DNA of 64,000 nucleotides, from the IMG/VR virus record IMGVR_UViG_3300037963_003542, one strand, 5' to 3'. A program made the position numbers and the translations under genes. Shown here piece after piece: positions 42,652-53,400 of the stretch (position 1 is the stretch's first letter; every line of letters starts with the position of its first letter). This stretch comes from a virus. The notes below the pieces were generated by a model. The model was given only the letters and a program-made list of their open reading frames with translations. It ran no database searches and was not told the DNA's origin.

Positions 42652-42953
42652 GAGCAGCAAGTACAATTGGTCACGTTTATCTAAATCGTTGCAACACTCC
42701 TGTGCAAGCAACGGGATCTCCCAATGTGTTTGTAAATAAACTTGCTAAAAGTAAACTTGGTGATGTTACAGCACCATACTTGGAGATTGTTCCTTGTCCT
42801 AAGTGCTGTAAGACACACGTTGCTCCTGTGATTACTGGAGCACCAAAAAACTTTACGAACAAGATTGCATCCGAAAGACTTGGTGATCTTGCCTTAGGTA
42901 TTACTGGAACATTTCCAATCATTGTAGGATCTCCTAACGTCTTCATGTCATGA
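42648..42953 (+). CDS. PAAR-like spike tip protein (gp5.4-like)
   Basis: Three repeats: TGSPNVFVNKLAKSKLGD / TGAPKNFTNKIASERLGD / IVGSPNVF; C and H residues that could bind metal. Confidence 0.8.
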   Translation: MRAASTIGHVYLNRCNTPVQATGSPNVFVNKLAKSKLGDVTAPYLEIVPCPKCCKTHVAPVITGAPKNFTNKIASERLGDLALGITGTFPIIVGSPNVFMS

Positions 42954-45900
42954 GTTCTAAGTCCAATAAGCACACCAAGACTCCTTGGTCGGACATGCCA
43001 AAATATGTGCCTAAGGACAGTCGTGTCGGTTCTGGGCGAATTCATCCTGTCGATTATTATACAGTAACTTCGCAGGATATTGCTACTGCGAGTAGTGGTT
43101 CTGGTAGTTCTGGTTCGGATATTGGTAACCCCGATAACCCACCATCAGGAGGATCTGGTGGGGCAACACCTGGCGCTGTTGAAAATCTTGTCAGTAGTAT
43201 TACATCTGCAATGGTGAATCCTGGTGATATTACCGATGTAGAACCAACATCAGGTCCTGTTCTTCTTAAAGTAACTGCAACGGTTAATATAATTTCTCCT
43301 GCGGGTCTTACATATCAATGGCAAAAGAAAGAATCTGGTGGATCATTCAGTGATATTTCTGGTGCAACAAATAGCGAGTATTCAGTTCCATCAGGATTAA
43401 CTGTTGATAATGACAGTGGTGATTCATATCGTTGTCAGGTATATCATGCAGATGCAGTCACAAGTCCTGTCCTTACCAATGAAGTAAATGTAACACTGAG
43501 TAGAAAAATTACGATTTCTGCTCAACCTGCTTTAGGTATTGTTGTTAAACAAGGAAATACTACAACATTAACTGCGACCGCTACAATTAGTAGTGGAACC
43601 ATGACTTATAAGTGGCAAATAAAACTAAATGGCACATCTACCTTTAGTGATATTGCTAATGCCAGTGGTACAGTTCCAGGTAATGGTGAGGTTTCGTATA
43701 CTACTGGTACACAATCAACTTCAAACAATGGTGATGAATATAGAGTAGTTTTCGCCAATGCCGAAGCAGGAGATATTATTAGTGGTAGAGTTGTAATGGC
43801 AGTCAGTGGTGCTGACTTTAGATTACAACCACCAATTAATGGAATTGAGTTCTGGAATTTTGAAGAACATGGTGCTTTAATTTTTGATCCTAGTAATACT
43901 ACTGATTATACTATTACTTCTCTCGAAGCTGGTAGAAGTAAGTTCAGTGCTCATCTCTGGGGTCAAGGGACATGTGGAGCAAAGGGTGGTTATACAGATG
44001 TAGATCTTCCTGTTGCAGGAGCAGATGTCTTTAAGGTTTACTTGAATGCTGGTGGTGGTTCTGCAGGAACATCAGACTCTGGGCGCTATGCAGAGGCAGG
44101 AGGAGGGTATGCAGGTATCTTTGATACTTCGGTATCTCAATCCAATGCTCTCGCTATTGCAGGCGGTGCTGGAGGTGCTAGTTTGAACACAGCATCTACT
44201 TGTGGTGGTACTCAACAAACAGTATCATATTCTTATTATTATCAATCACCATATCAGAGTACTTGTTATACAACAGTTAATAATAGTGTCCGTAAAAGTG
44301 GCGGTTGGTCTCATTCATATAATAATGCAACCAGAAGTAATAACTATCTAAACTGGTATGGTAATACTGGTGTGATATACAATATTCAACCACCTCTAAG
44401 ATATTATATTATTGGATTTGATAGTCCTATGCCCAGTGGTCAATATATCCTGTCAGTAAGCACTAGTAGTTGTACTGCTGGTGGCGGTGCTTGTCCTGGA
44501 TTTTATCTTGATATGACACAACTAACTAGAACTTCGCAGTGGATGGTTCTTGCATTCCGCAGGAATGATACTAGTGGTAGAAGTTATGTTGCTAGTTGTT
44601 CGTGGACTATTGAATACCAGGATATTCAAACAATTTCATATCCTTGTACAAAGTATACTACTGTTCAAGGCAATTTTAGTCATGTTGGTACTGCACAAGT
44701 TCTTGGAGGTGCAGGAGGAGGTACTACAGGAAGTGATGGATCTAATAGTACATCATCACAAATCTCTGCTAAGGGAGGATATGGTGGTAGTCAGTCATCT
44801 GCTGGTGCAGGGGGTAGCACATCCTCTGGTGGATCAACCAATGGTAGTACTGGCGCTGCACTTCAGGGTGGTGAAGGTGGTGTTAACTCTGGTTCGAGAG
44901 ACTCCGCTGGAGGCGGTGGAGGCGGCGGCGGATATTATGGTGGCGGCGGTGGCGCTGGTGGATATGATGGTTATAATGGAAGTAGCAATAATCCCAACAT
45001 TGGACCACAATCAGGTGGTGGCGGCGGTGCAGGATCTGGTTTTGTTCATTCTAGTGGCACTGGTACTACTGGTGCATTTGGAGGATCTACTCATGCCAAT
45101 CGTGGATCTGCTGGTGAAGAGAAACAAAATTCCAGAGTTGTAATTGAAGCAGCATTCATTGATATAAACACTCAACCAAGATCTGTTGTACGAGCATCAG
45201 GAACAGCAACTTTTGAAGTTAAGGCAGATGTCGTAGGTGTTACTGGACAGACAATTTCATATCAATGGCAAAAGAGAGCATCTGGACAAACTTCGTTCTC
45301 TGATATTAGTGGTGCTACAAGTGCAACTTATACTACGCCATCACTATTAAGTTCTAATAGTGGCGACACTTATCGATGTATCCTTGATAATGAGTATTGC
45401 GCCAGTAAAACTACAGATGAAGTTGTGACATTAATTACATCTAGTGGATCACAAGTATATAATATTACACAGACTGGTGAAACTAGTGTTGAAGTTCCTG
45501 CTAGTGCAACTGGATTTACTTATTGGTTATGGGGTGCTGGTGGACAAGGTGTCGGTGAATGTCCCACAGGAAATTTTAGTGGTGGTAGTGGAGGATATGT
45601 CACAGGAACCGTTACTATACCTAGCAATGCATCAGGTGCTTCATATGACAATGAACAAGTAAAAACTGGTCAGGGTGGTCTAACTCAAAAACCATCTTGT
45701 ACTAGTACTCAAAATGGTTGGTATACTAGAACTGGGGGACCAGAAACTAAGGGTAGTACTGCTGTACGAAAGTTGCAAATTCTTTGGCAAGGATCTTTGG
45801 TATATGATGGTCCATATTCACCAAATGAAGATGGTTATATAATTGTTGGAAACTACGGTTATAAATGGGGAACTTATAGATCCAATAGTGCTTATGGATG

Positions 45901-47338
45901 GAAAACTGATGATACATGTGGAACTGGTTCCAGTGGTCAAGGAGACTATTGTAATAGTTTTGATGTAAAGAGATATGATTATTCACCAGCAACAAGAACT
46001 ATATCAGTATTTGTAGGTGCTACTGGACAGGGATCTCCACAAGGTCAGGCAGGATATGGTGCTGGTCGTGGCGGTCAAAGATCTGAAATTACTTTCAATG
46101 GTCTTTCGGCTATCGTAGGTGGTGGTGGAGGCGCTGGTCAGAATGGACAAGGTGGCGGTGGTGGAGGCACTGGAGGTGGCGGTGCTGGAACAGGTCCAAA
46201 CACTGGTCAAGTTAGTGGTACTTCTGGAAGATCTGGAGGTGGCGCTGGTGGCGGTTCTGGTGTGAATCAAGGTAATCGCGGCGGCGGTGGTGGATCAGGA
46301 GTTTCAGGTGGTGCTGGTGCTGGCGGAGATGGTAATGGTAACTGTACTGGCGGTGGTGGAGCAGGAGGATCAGGTTCTATCTCTCTTGCATACACCAGTG
46401 CTAGTAATGGCAATACAGGAACTGCAGGAGGTGCTGCGCCTGTTCCTGCTTCATTACCTTCAGAGCACGTTAGTGGTCATGGTGGAGCTAGTCAAAATGG
46501 TCTAGCAGTCATTTCAATGACCGTTCCTGGATCATTGGAAATTGTCGGTATTGCTAGCGGAACATCAACAAATATTACTAATCTTTCTAGTACAAATACA
46601 TTGTCGGAACCATCTTTCTTAGTAGCATCTGGATTTGACTATAATGTCACCATAAGACTTCGTGGCAATACTCCTCCTGGTGTTGGTGGTGACGGTGGAT
46701 ATGTTCAGGGAACATTCACTGCAAAGGCAGGACAGTCTTACAGACTTCATTACGACACCAGATATTCTGCTGTATTCTATGGAACATCAGAAACAGCAAA
46801 TAACTGCATTATGCTTGCTGCAGAAGGTGGTTATGAAGGAGTACCTAGAAGTGAACTTTCAGGTGGTGGGCATCCATCAAGACCATCAAATACTCCTGGT
46901 GGTGATGCTGGATATCCTGGTGGTGCTATTGGAAATAATTTGAATACATCCTATGGTGGCACTGGTGGTTCAACTAGTGGATATAGAAGTGGTTCTGGTG
47001 GAAATGGTGGCAGTGCTGGTGGAGATCTTAGTGCTGGTGCTGGAAGCGCAGGTGGATTTTTTAGTGCTGGCGCAGGTGGCAGTGGTATAGATGGCGACGG
47101 TGGTCATGGAGGTTTTGGTTACTACGGCGGCGGAGGCGGCGGTGGTGGATGGGATAATGGTTTTGTTCAGGGTGGTTACTTCGGTGGCGGAGGTGGAGGT
47201 GGATCTTCTTACTTCGGGGGTCTTCCAAGTCCTTCTACTGATCCAAAGAGTCCTGCTGAAGTAACTGTTACAGGAACTTCATATGGAAATGAAACAGGGG
47301 GAGTTCAAATTCAAATCATCAGTGTTGCACAGGCATAA
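42950..47338 (+). CDS. Gly-rich tail fibre / structural protein with Ig-like domains
   Basis: Ig-like YQWQK...FSDISGAT...YRC repeats; Gly-rich blocks with LWG.GG, AGGGG, YYGGGGG motifs. Confidence 0.75.
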   Translation: MSSKSNKHTKTPWSDMPKYVPKDSRVGSGRIHPVDYYTVTSQDIATASSGSGSSGSDIGNPDNPPSGGSGGATPGAVENLVSSITSAMVNPGDITDVEPTSGPVLLKVTATVNIISPAGLTYQWQKKESGGSFSDISGATNSEYSVPSGLTVDNDSGDSYRCQVYHADAVTSPVLTNEVNVTLSRKITISAQPALGIVVKQGNTTTLTATATISSGTMTYKWQIKLNGTSTFSDIANASGTVPGNGEVSYTTGTQSTSNNGDEYRVVFANAEAGDIISGRVVMAVSGADFRLQPPINGIEFWNFEEHGALIFDPSNTTDYTITSLEAGRSKFSAHLWGQGTCGAKGGYTDVDLPVAGADVFKVYLNAGGGSAGTSDSGRYAEAGGGYAGIFDTSVSQSNALAIAGGAGGASLNTASTCGGTQQTVSYSYYYQSPYQSTCYTTVNNSVRKSGGWSHSYNNATRSNNYLNWYGNTGVIYNIQPPLRYYIIGFDSPMPSGQYILSVSTSSCTAGGGACPGFYLDMTQLTRTSQWMVLAFRRNDTSGRSYVASCSWTIEYQDIQTISYPCTKYTTVQGNFSHVGTAQVLGGAGGGTTGSDGSNSTSSQISAKGGYGGSQSSAGAGGSTSSGGSTNGSTGAALQGGEGGVNSGSRDSAGGGGGGGGYYGGGGGAGGYDGYNGSSNNPNIGPQSGGGGGAGSGFVHSSGTGTTGAFGGSTHANRGSAGEEKQNSRVVIEAAFIDINTQPRSVVRASGTATFEVKADVVGVTGQTISYQWQKRASGQTSFSDISGATSATYTTPSLLSSNSGDTYRCILDNEYCASKTTDEVVTLITSSGSQVYNITQTGETSVEVPASATGFTYWLWGAGGQGVGECPTGNFSGGSGGYVTGTVTIPSNASGASYDNEQVKTGQGGLTQKPSCTSTQNGWYTRTGGPETKGSTAVRKLQILWQGSLVYDGPYSPNEDGYIIVGNYGYKWGTYRSNSAYGWKTDDTCGTGSSGQGDYCNSFDVKRYDYSPATRTISVFVGATGQGSPQGQAGYGAGRGGQRSEITFNGLSAIVGGGGGAGQNGQGGGGGGTGGGGAGTGPNTGQVSGTSGRSGGGAGGGSGVNQGNRGGGGGSGVSGGAGAGGDGNGNCTGGGGAGGSGSISLAYTSASNGNTGTAGGAAPVPASLPSEHVSGHGGASQNGLAVISMTVPGSLEIVGIASGTSTNITNLSSTNTLSEPSFLVASGFDYNVTIRLRGNTPPGVGGDGGYVQGTFTAKAGQSYRLHYDTRYSAVFYGTSETANNCIMLAAEGGYEGVPRSELSGGGHPSRPSNTPGGDAGYPGGAIGNNLNTSYGGTGGSTSGYRSGSGGNGGSAGGDLSAGAGSAGGFFSAGAGGSGIDGDGGHGGFGYYGGGGGGGGWDNGFVQGGYFGGGGGGGSSYFGGLPSPSTDPKSPAEVTVTGTSYGNETGGVQIQIISVAQA

Positions 47339-47376
47339 TTGATGTGATATAATATCAAGGTACATTTGAGGATTTT

Positions 47377-47523
47377 ATGGCAAAGCGCCCTTCACTTACT
47401 GGTGGTAACGCCAACATTGAGTCAAAACCTAAAAAAACTCGTCAAGGATCGGGTCAGCATACTAAATATAGTGCAAGCTCCCGTAATGGAGCCCGTAAAC
47501 GTTACCGTGGACAAGGAAGATGA
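47377..47523 (+). CDS. small highly basic protein
   Basis: Manual: MAKRPSLTGGNANIESKPKKTRQGSGQHTKYSASSRNGARKRYRGQGR*; GAGGA SD. Confidence 0.75.
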   Translation: MAKRPSLTGGNANIESKPKKTRQGSGQHTKYSASSRNGARKRYRGQGR

Positions 47524-47615
47524 GTGAAGAAACTCCAGCACCTAGAACATACGGCTATGTCGTAGGACGTAGAGCCGGTGATCAAGAACATCCTGACAAG
47601 AAAAAAGAAGAATGA
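47520..47615 (+). CDS. small hypothetical protein
   Basis: Manual: MSEETPAPRTYGYVVGRRAGDQEHPDKKKEE*; ATGA overlaps at both ends. Confidence 0.45.
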   Translation: MSEETPAPRTYGYVVGRRAGDQEHPDKKKEE

Positions 47616-48094
47616 TTGAGATTGAAGAGCATATTAAAGATTGGATTGCTAAAATTTCTAAAGTTCGCCCCGAACTAAGTAATTTTTCTATCTGTCCTTA
47701 CTCTTCAACCGCTTCATATAAGATCATTCAAGCGCCGATTGACGACATCATACCCATCAAAGGGTTTGATGTCGTTATTTTTGTTGTTGAAGACTATCTT
47801 GACGCCGCGGCCATTCAAATGTGGTGTGAAATTTATAACACAATCTACCCAGAATACATATTTTTGGAAGATTGTGGTAATTATCACACCTTCATTAACG
47901 GTGTGCAGACAAACAATGGTAAATATAACCTAATGTTATGCCAATCAAAGGCAAAATTACGTCAACACCGCGAAATTTTGGCGAAATCTGGATATTATGC
48001 ACATTGGAATGATGCAATGATGCAAGAAATTCTTGGAAATGACTACGAAATTGTAAAAACCGCACAAAAAACCGATGGGAAACTCACCGACTGA
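47612..48094 (+). CDS. hypothetical protein (cyanophage type)
   Basis: RPEL.NFSICPY...YIFLED...QTNNGKYNL.LCQSK.KL...R..L....YY..W. Confidence 0.75.
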   Translation: MIEIEEHIKDWIAKISKVRPELSNFSICPYSSTASYKIIQAPIDDIIPIKGFDVVIFVVEDYLDAAAIQMWCEIYNTIYPEYIFLEDCGNYHTFINGVQTNNGKYNLMLCQSKAKLRQHREILAKSGYYAHWNDAMMQEILGNDYEIVKTAQKTDGKLTD

Positions 48095-48206
48095 CAAAGG
48101 TAAAGACTTTATTAAGTCTGGGATGACTCTAATTACTCAAATTGATTCCGACAGACTGCTGAAGAAAGCCCAGAAAAAGAAAGATGTCAAAAATAGTGAT
48201 AAATAA
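48075..48206 (+). CDS. small hypothetical protein upstream of gp25
   Basis: Manual: MGNSPTDKGKDFIKSGMTLITQIDSDRLLKKAQKKKDVKNSDK*. Confidence 0.6.
   Translation: MGNSPTDKGKDFIKSGMTLITQIDSDRLLKKAQKKKDVKNSDK
48199..48205 (+). promoter_or_regulatory. late promoter ATAAATA
   Basis: 20 nt upstream of the gp25 ATG. Confidence 0.7.
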
Positions 48207-48225
48207 TTGAAAAATCTACTATCAA

Positions 48226-48630
48226 ATGGCGTTGAATCCATCAAGATCCTATAAGGACTTGAGTTTTACATTCAAAATCAACCCGTTAAGAAAAGATCTC
48301 GTAGTTCTCAAAGATGAGAATGCTATTAAGAGAGCTCTCCTTAACTTATTTTCCTATAGGAAGGGCGAAAAGTTTTTTGACCCGACATTTGGTAGTGGAA
48401 TTCCTGATTTGTTGTTTGAACCTTTTGATTTTGCTACTGCTGGATCTATCCAGAGTGAAATTAAAACTGTAATTGAAACTTATGAACCCAGAGTTAATGT
48501 ATTGGGTATTGATGTAGATTTGAATTATGATTCCAATTCTTACGACATTCAAGTCGCTTACTCAATTCCTAATATTAGCGCACAGGTATTCACAACTTCA
48601 TTAACGTTAACGTCTTCATCAAAGATATAA
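48226..48630 (+). CDS. gp25: baseplate wedge subunit gp25
   Basis: SYKDLSFTF..NP..KDL..LKDENAIKR.L.NL.....GE.FFDP.FGS....LLFEP....I...I..YEPRV. Confidence 0.93.
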   Translation: MALNPSRSYKDLSFTFKINPLRKDLVVLKDENAIKRALLNLFSYRKGEKFFDPTFGSGIPDLLFEPFDFATAGSIQSEIKTVIETYEPRVNVLGIDVDLNYDSNSYDIQVAYSIPNISAQVFTTSLTLTSSSKI

Positions 48631-48633
48631 TCA

Positions 48634-50484
48634 ATGGCATACGCACAAGTTAGTTCTCTAGATTACGCTGATATCAGAGCTGCTCTGGTTGAATACTTGA
48701 GGCGTAATACTGATTTTACCGATTATGATTTTGAGGCTTCTACCCTATCATCGGTAATAGACCTCTTAGCATATAATACTTATTATACTGCCTTCAATAC
48801 AACGATGGCAGTCAATGAAAGTTTTCTGGCATCTGCATCTTTAAGAGATAATATTGTTAATATTGCAAAGCAATTAGGTTATACTGCAAAGTCTAGAACT
48901 GCAGCAAGTGCATCTCTTGAACTTAAAGTTGATTTTACTTCAGTTGCTGCAATCGACCAAAGATTGGTGCCGAAATTCCTTACTCTAAAGAAAGGAAATT
49001 GCTTTGTTGCGTCAAATGTAGATAATAGAAGTGAAACTTATCAATTTGCGGTTCTTGAAGACGTTGTAAGTCCTATTATTAATAATATTTGCTATATTAG
49101 TAATACTGTAGATAATGATAATTTAAAAATCCAAGAAGGTACTTATCTCACCTTCACTTTTATTGTGGATAAAACAATTCCCAATCAAAAGTTCATTATT
49201 CCAACAGAACATATTGATTCTGAAACCATCAAAGTCTCTGTGAGGGAAAATGCTAATTCATCTTCATTGGAGCAATTTGAAAAAGTTCCTAATATCTTAG
49301 ATGTAACTGCAGACGACGCTGCTTTCTTTGTACAAGAAGTTACTGACAGAAGATATGAATTAATTTTTGGTGATGGTGTTCTTGGGAAGGCATTAAAAGA
49401 TGGACAGGTAATTCAAGTTTCATATTTGGCAACATCAGGCAAAAATGCGAACGATATCAAGAACTTTGTGTTCTCTGGTGAAATCTATGATGAAAATAGT
49501 GCCAGAGTTTTAAATAATATTGGTGTTACCGTAAAATCTGGTAGTGCTGGTGGTGATGATATTGAACCAACTGAATTAGTTCAGACAAATGCTCCTAAAT
49601 TCTATGCTGCACAGAATAGAGCAGTAACATTAGATGATTATAAGATCATTACACAGAGACTTTACTCTTCAATTGCCGATATTATTGTATATGGTGGTGA
49701 AACTGAAGAACCACCAGAATATGGTCGTGTAAAAATTGCAATTAAACCAAAATATAGCGATATTCTGAGTAATTCTACAAAAACTGATATTTTATCAAAA
49801 TTAAAGAAATATACAGTAGCGTCTGTTACGCCAGTTATTGTTGATCCATCAATTGTTGATGTTTTAGTACAATCGAAGATTTTCTATAACCAAACTCAGA
49901 CAAATTCAACTACTGAGCAACTCAGAAACTTGGTTATCAGTAATCTTGATGAATATGATGAAACTGCGGATCTTAGTAAGTTTGGTGGAGTTATTAGAAA
50001 GAGTAAAGTTACTACAGTAATTGATTCTTCTCAAGATTCCATTACTGGTAATAACACAGAGTTTCGTTTGAGGAAAAAACTGGTTCCTGCACTTAATACA
50101 AGGGCACAATACCTTCTTTGTTATGTGAATCCATTCAAATCATATTGTGATGGTCAATCAACCATTACTAGCACTAAATTTAAGATTAGTGGTTTCTCTG
50201 AGGAAGCGTATTTAGAAAATACAGAGGATGGAACAATTAGAATATATACTATTGACCCTATTACTGCAAGGAAAAGAATTTTGGTCGATGATGTCGGCAC
50301 AGTCAACTTTGACGATGGAAAAGTGACATTAAGTTCCCTTACAATCACAGAGGGTAGTGATGCTGACAACAATATCTACATTACTGCCGTTCCTAAGAAC
50401 GACGATATCTTTGCAGTTCGCGAGGTTTATTTAAACCTTGCATTACAAGATAGTACTTTCTCAGTATTCAAAGAAGTAGCGTAA
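48634..50484 (+). CDS. gp6: baseplate wedge subunit gp6
   Basis: LDY..I...L..YLR....FTDYDFE.S.LS..ID.LAYNTYY..FN..M..NESFL.SA.LRDN.V..AK.LGY; QNRAVT..DY. Confidence 0.95.
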   Translation: MAYAQVSSLDYADIRAALVEYLRRNTDFTDYDFEASTLSSVIDLLAYNTYYTAFNTTMAVNESFLASASLRDNIVNIAKQLGYTAKSRTAASASLELKVDFTSVAAIDQRLVPKFLTLKKGNCFVASNVDNRSETYQFAVLEDVVSPIINNICYISNTVDNDNLKIQEGTYLTFTFIVDKTIPNQKFIIPTEHIDSETIKVSVRENANSSSLEQFEKVPNILDVTADDAAFFVQEVTDRRYELIFGDGVLGKALKDGQVIQVSYLATSGKNANDIKNFVFSGEIYDENSARVLNNIGVTVKSGSAGGDDIEPTELVQTNAPKFYAAQNRAVTLDDYKIITQRLYSSIADIIVYGGETEEPPEYGRVKIAIKPKYSDILSNSTKTDILSKLKKYTVASVTPVIVDPSIVDVLVQSKIFYNQTQTNSTTEQLRNLVISNLDEYDETADLSKFGGVIRKSKVTTVIDSSQDSITGNNTEFRLRKKLVPALNTRAQYLLCYVNPFKSYCDGQSTITSTKFKISGFSEEAYLENTEDGTIRIYTIDPITARKRILVDDVGTVNFDDGKVTLSSLTITEGSDADNNIYITAVPKNDDIFAVREVYLNLALQDSTFSVFKEVA

Positions 50485-50485
50485 A

Positions 50486-53400
50486 ATGAATTTTAATAAG
50501 TTAACAATATCAGATTTAGTTGGACAGCAACTACCAAATTTCATTGTTGATGAGTTTCCTACTTATGTAAAATTCTTTGAGGAGTATTATAAGTCACTAG
50601 AAGTATCTGGTGGCATTTTAGATATTCAGAACAACTTTCTGGAATATACTAATGTCGATAGCCTAAGAAAGTTTAACTTAGTTAAAACTTATAAACTACA
50701 AACAGCAATTGATGCTAGTGCTACTTCTATTGTATTAGATAAAATTGATGGTCTTCGTACTGATGGTGGTATTATTGGAATCGGTGATGAAATTATCTTA
50801 TATTCTTCCGTAGATATTGCCACAAGAACTCTTACTGATTGTGAGAGGGGATTTAGTGCTACCACAAAATTTGATGCACAAAAAACTACTATTGAAACCA
50901 GTACAGCTCAATCTCACGATGTAGATGATGTAGTTACAAATTATTCAAGTTTAATTCTGTTTTTCATTCTGAAAAACTATGAGAAGCAGTATCTTGCTGG
51001 ATTCCCACATGAAAATATTGCTGATCAGATCGGTAAGGATACGCTGATCAGAAACATCAAAGATTTCTATAGCTATAAAGGAACAGATCTTTCTATTGAG
51101 TTTCTGTTCAGAGCATTGTATGATGAAGAAGTTACTGTAAGATATCCTAGAGATAGAGTCATCAAGGCTTCTTATTCTGATTGGACTGTTGATGATATTA
51201 TTAAAGTTGAACAAATTGAAGGAAATCCTTATGATCTAGTTGGTTCTCAGATCAGACAAACTGATGCTACTGGTGTTGTCCAAGCAACTGCAATTATTGA
51301 TGATCTATTAATCAATAATATCTCAAACTATTCTTCTGGTACTAAAAATATCTATGAAGTTAGACTGAATGTATTAAACTCACAAGTTTTTACAATTCCT
51401 CAATCATCTATACTTAGACGTGATATTTCTGCCAGTGATAGTGTCATTACTGTAGATAGCACCCTTAGTTTTCCTAAACTAAATGGCGTTATTGAGATTG
51501 ATGGTGAGTTTATTACATATAGAACTAAAACCTTCAATCAATTTATTGATTGTGGTAGAGGAGCATATGGCACTAATCCTGCACCACATTTTGTTGATCA
51601 GGAAGTAGTCACAACCGAATATCTTTTTGGATATCCTGCAGGTAAAAGTGAAGAGGAAGACCAAGTTAAAATGAGAATTCTTGGAGTTCTTTCGGAAGTT
51701 GATATTAGAGATGGTTCTAACTATTTTGAGACTGGGGAAAAAATTAAACTTTCGCCAGATGGAGATACAGATAATAGACCTCAATTTACCAGTTGGCGAT
51801 TAAATGAGGTAGGAAATTTTTGCTCCAGTTCTGACATTCAAATTAATAATGCTGTTAAAAATATCCCCACAAGTGCTTTCGCTGTATTTAAAGATTCCAA
51901 ATATGCTTATGTGACTAGTGCGGGACTTCCTGCCAATTCTATTGGTCCTTTTCGTGGGGTTGGTTATGATGTCAGAAATCAAAATATTTTAAAATCAATT
52001 CCACTAACCACTGAAAAAAATACTCAGAAGCAAGAAACTAAAAACAAGCCTGTTGGCTTATTCATTAATGGTGTTGAGGCATTTAGTGCCCAAGATTATG
52101 AAGAAGTTTCATATGGATCAATTGATAGTGTAAGTATTGCTCAAAGTGGATTTGGATTTGAAGAAAATATCCAACCAATTTTTAGAGTAAAAGATGCTAC
52201 TGGAAATGGTGCAACTTTTAATGCAAGCATTGTAGATGGTAAAGTTACATCTATTTCTGTCATTGATGGTGGTCAAGATTATACCAGAGATCATGAACTT
52301 GAAGTGACTTATGGATTTGATGCAACAGCAACAATTGCTCAAGATGCACATTTAGTAAATGGAGAAATTAAAACAATTACTGTTACTGGTGGTGGACAGG
52401 ATTATGTTGCGACACCAAATGTGGAAATTGTTGATACTGCTGGTAGAGGTAAGGGTGCATTTGCAATCGCTCAAGTAACTAATAATCAAGTTACTGGGGT
52501 CGTTGTTTTAAACGGTGGTACTGATTACACAGATAAGAGCACAATTCAAGTAAGAATTGTGTCAAAAGGTACTGGAATTTTTGCCACTGCTAATGTTAAA
52601 AAATGGTCTTTTGACAGAGTATTTAAAACTAAAAATACTTTAGATGCAAATCAAAATTGGATTCCTGCAACACAAGTAAAATCTGATCTTGGAAATGGAT
52701 ATTTGTACGCCAGTTCTAATGCAGCATATGGACTTCAATATGGATTTGCCCAAAATCCAAAACTTTTGAGATCTAGTTTAGTAGATAATGTACAAGGTGT
52801 TAATGCCGCCTATGCCGAAAAGACTTCTGGATTTGTTCATTCTCCTATTTTAGGTTGGGCATATGATGGCAATCCCATTTATGGTCCTTATGGATATAGT
52901 AATCCTGTAGATTCAAATAGTGCTATCTCTAGGCAAACTTCTTCTTATGCATTAAAATCTACAGCACCATCAGGTAGACCTAGTACAGCAAAGTATCCTT
53001 TGGGTGCTTTTATTCAAGATTATGACTATATTCAAGGTAATGGATCGTTAGATTTTAATAATGGTCGTTTTTGTAAAACACCAGAATTTCCAAATGGAAG
53101 ATATTGTTATTTCATAACTGTAGATAATTTTGGTTCTGGTGTTTATCCATATATTTTAGGAAAAACTTTCTACTCAGTTCCTGCAGCTAATAATTTTAAT
53201 CTTGAATTTGATCAAAGTAATGATTCTAATATTCCAGAGGGTGCGAGAAGAATTAGAACCGCTAATACACCAACCAGAGGATTTGATGCATCTTTGATTG
53301 TGGGAGAAATTGGTAGAGGAGCAGTAGATTCATTTACTGTTACCGAATCTGGTGCAACATTTAAAAACAGTGATTATCTGTATATTGATAATACAGACAC

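Noticed and set aside
44550-45143. 197-aa alternate-frame + ORF inside the Gly-rich fibre
   Set aside because: Val-rich translation is the expected by-product of GGT/GGC repeats read out of frame.
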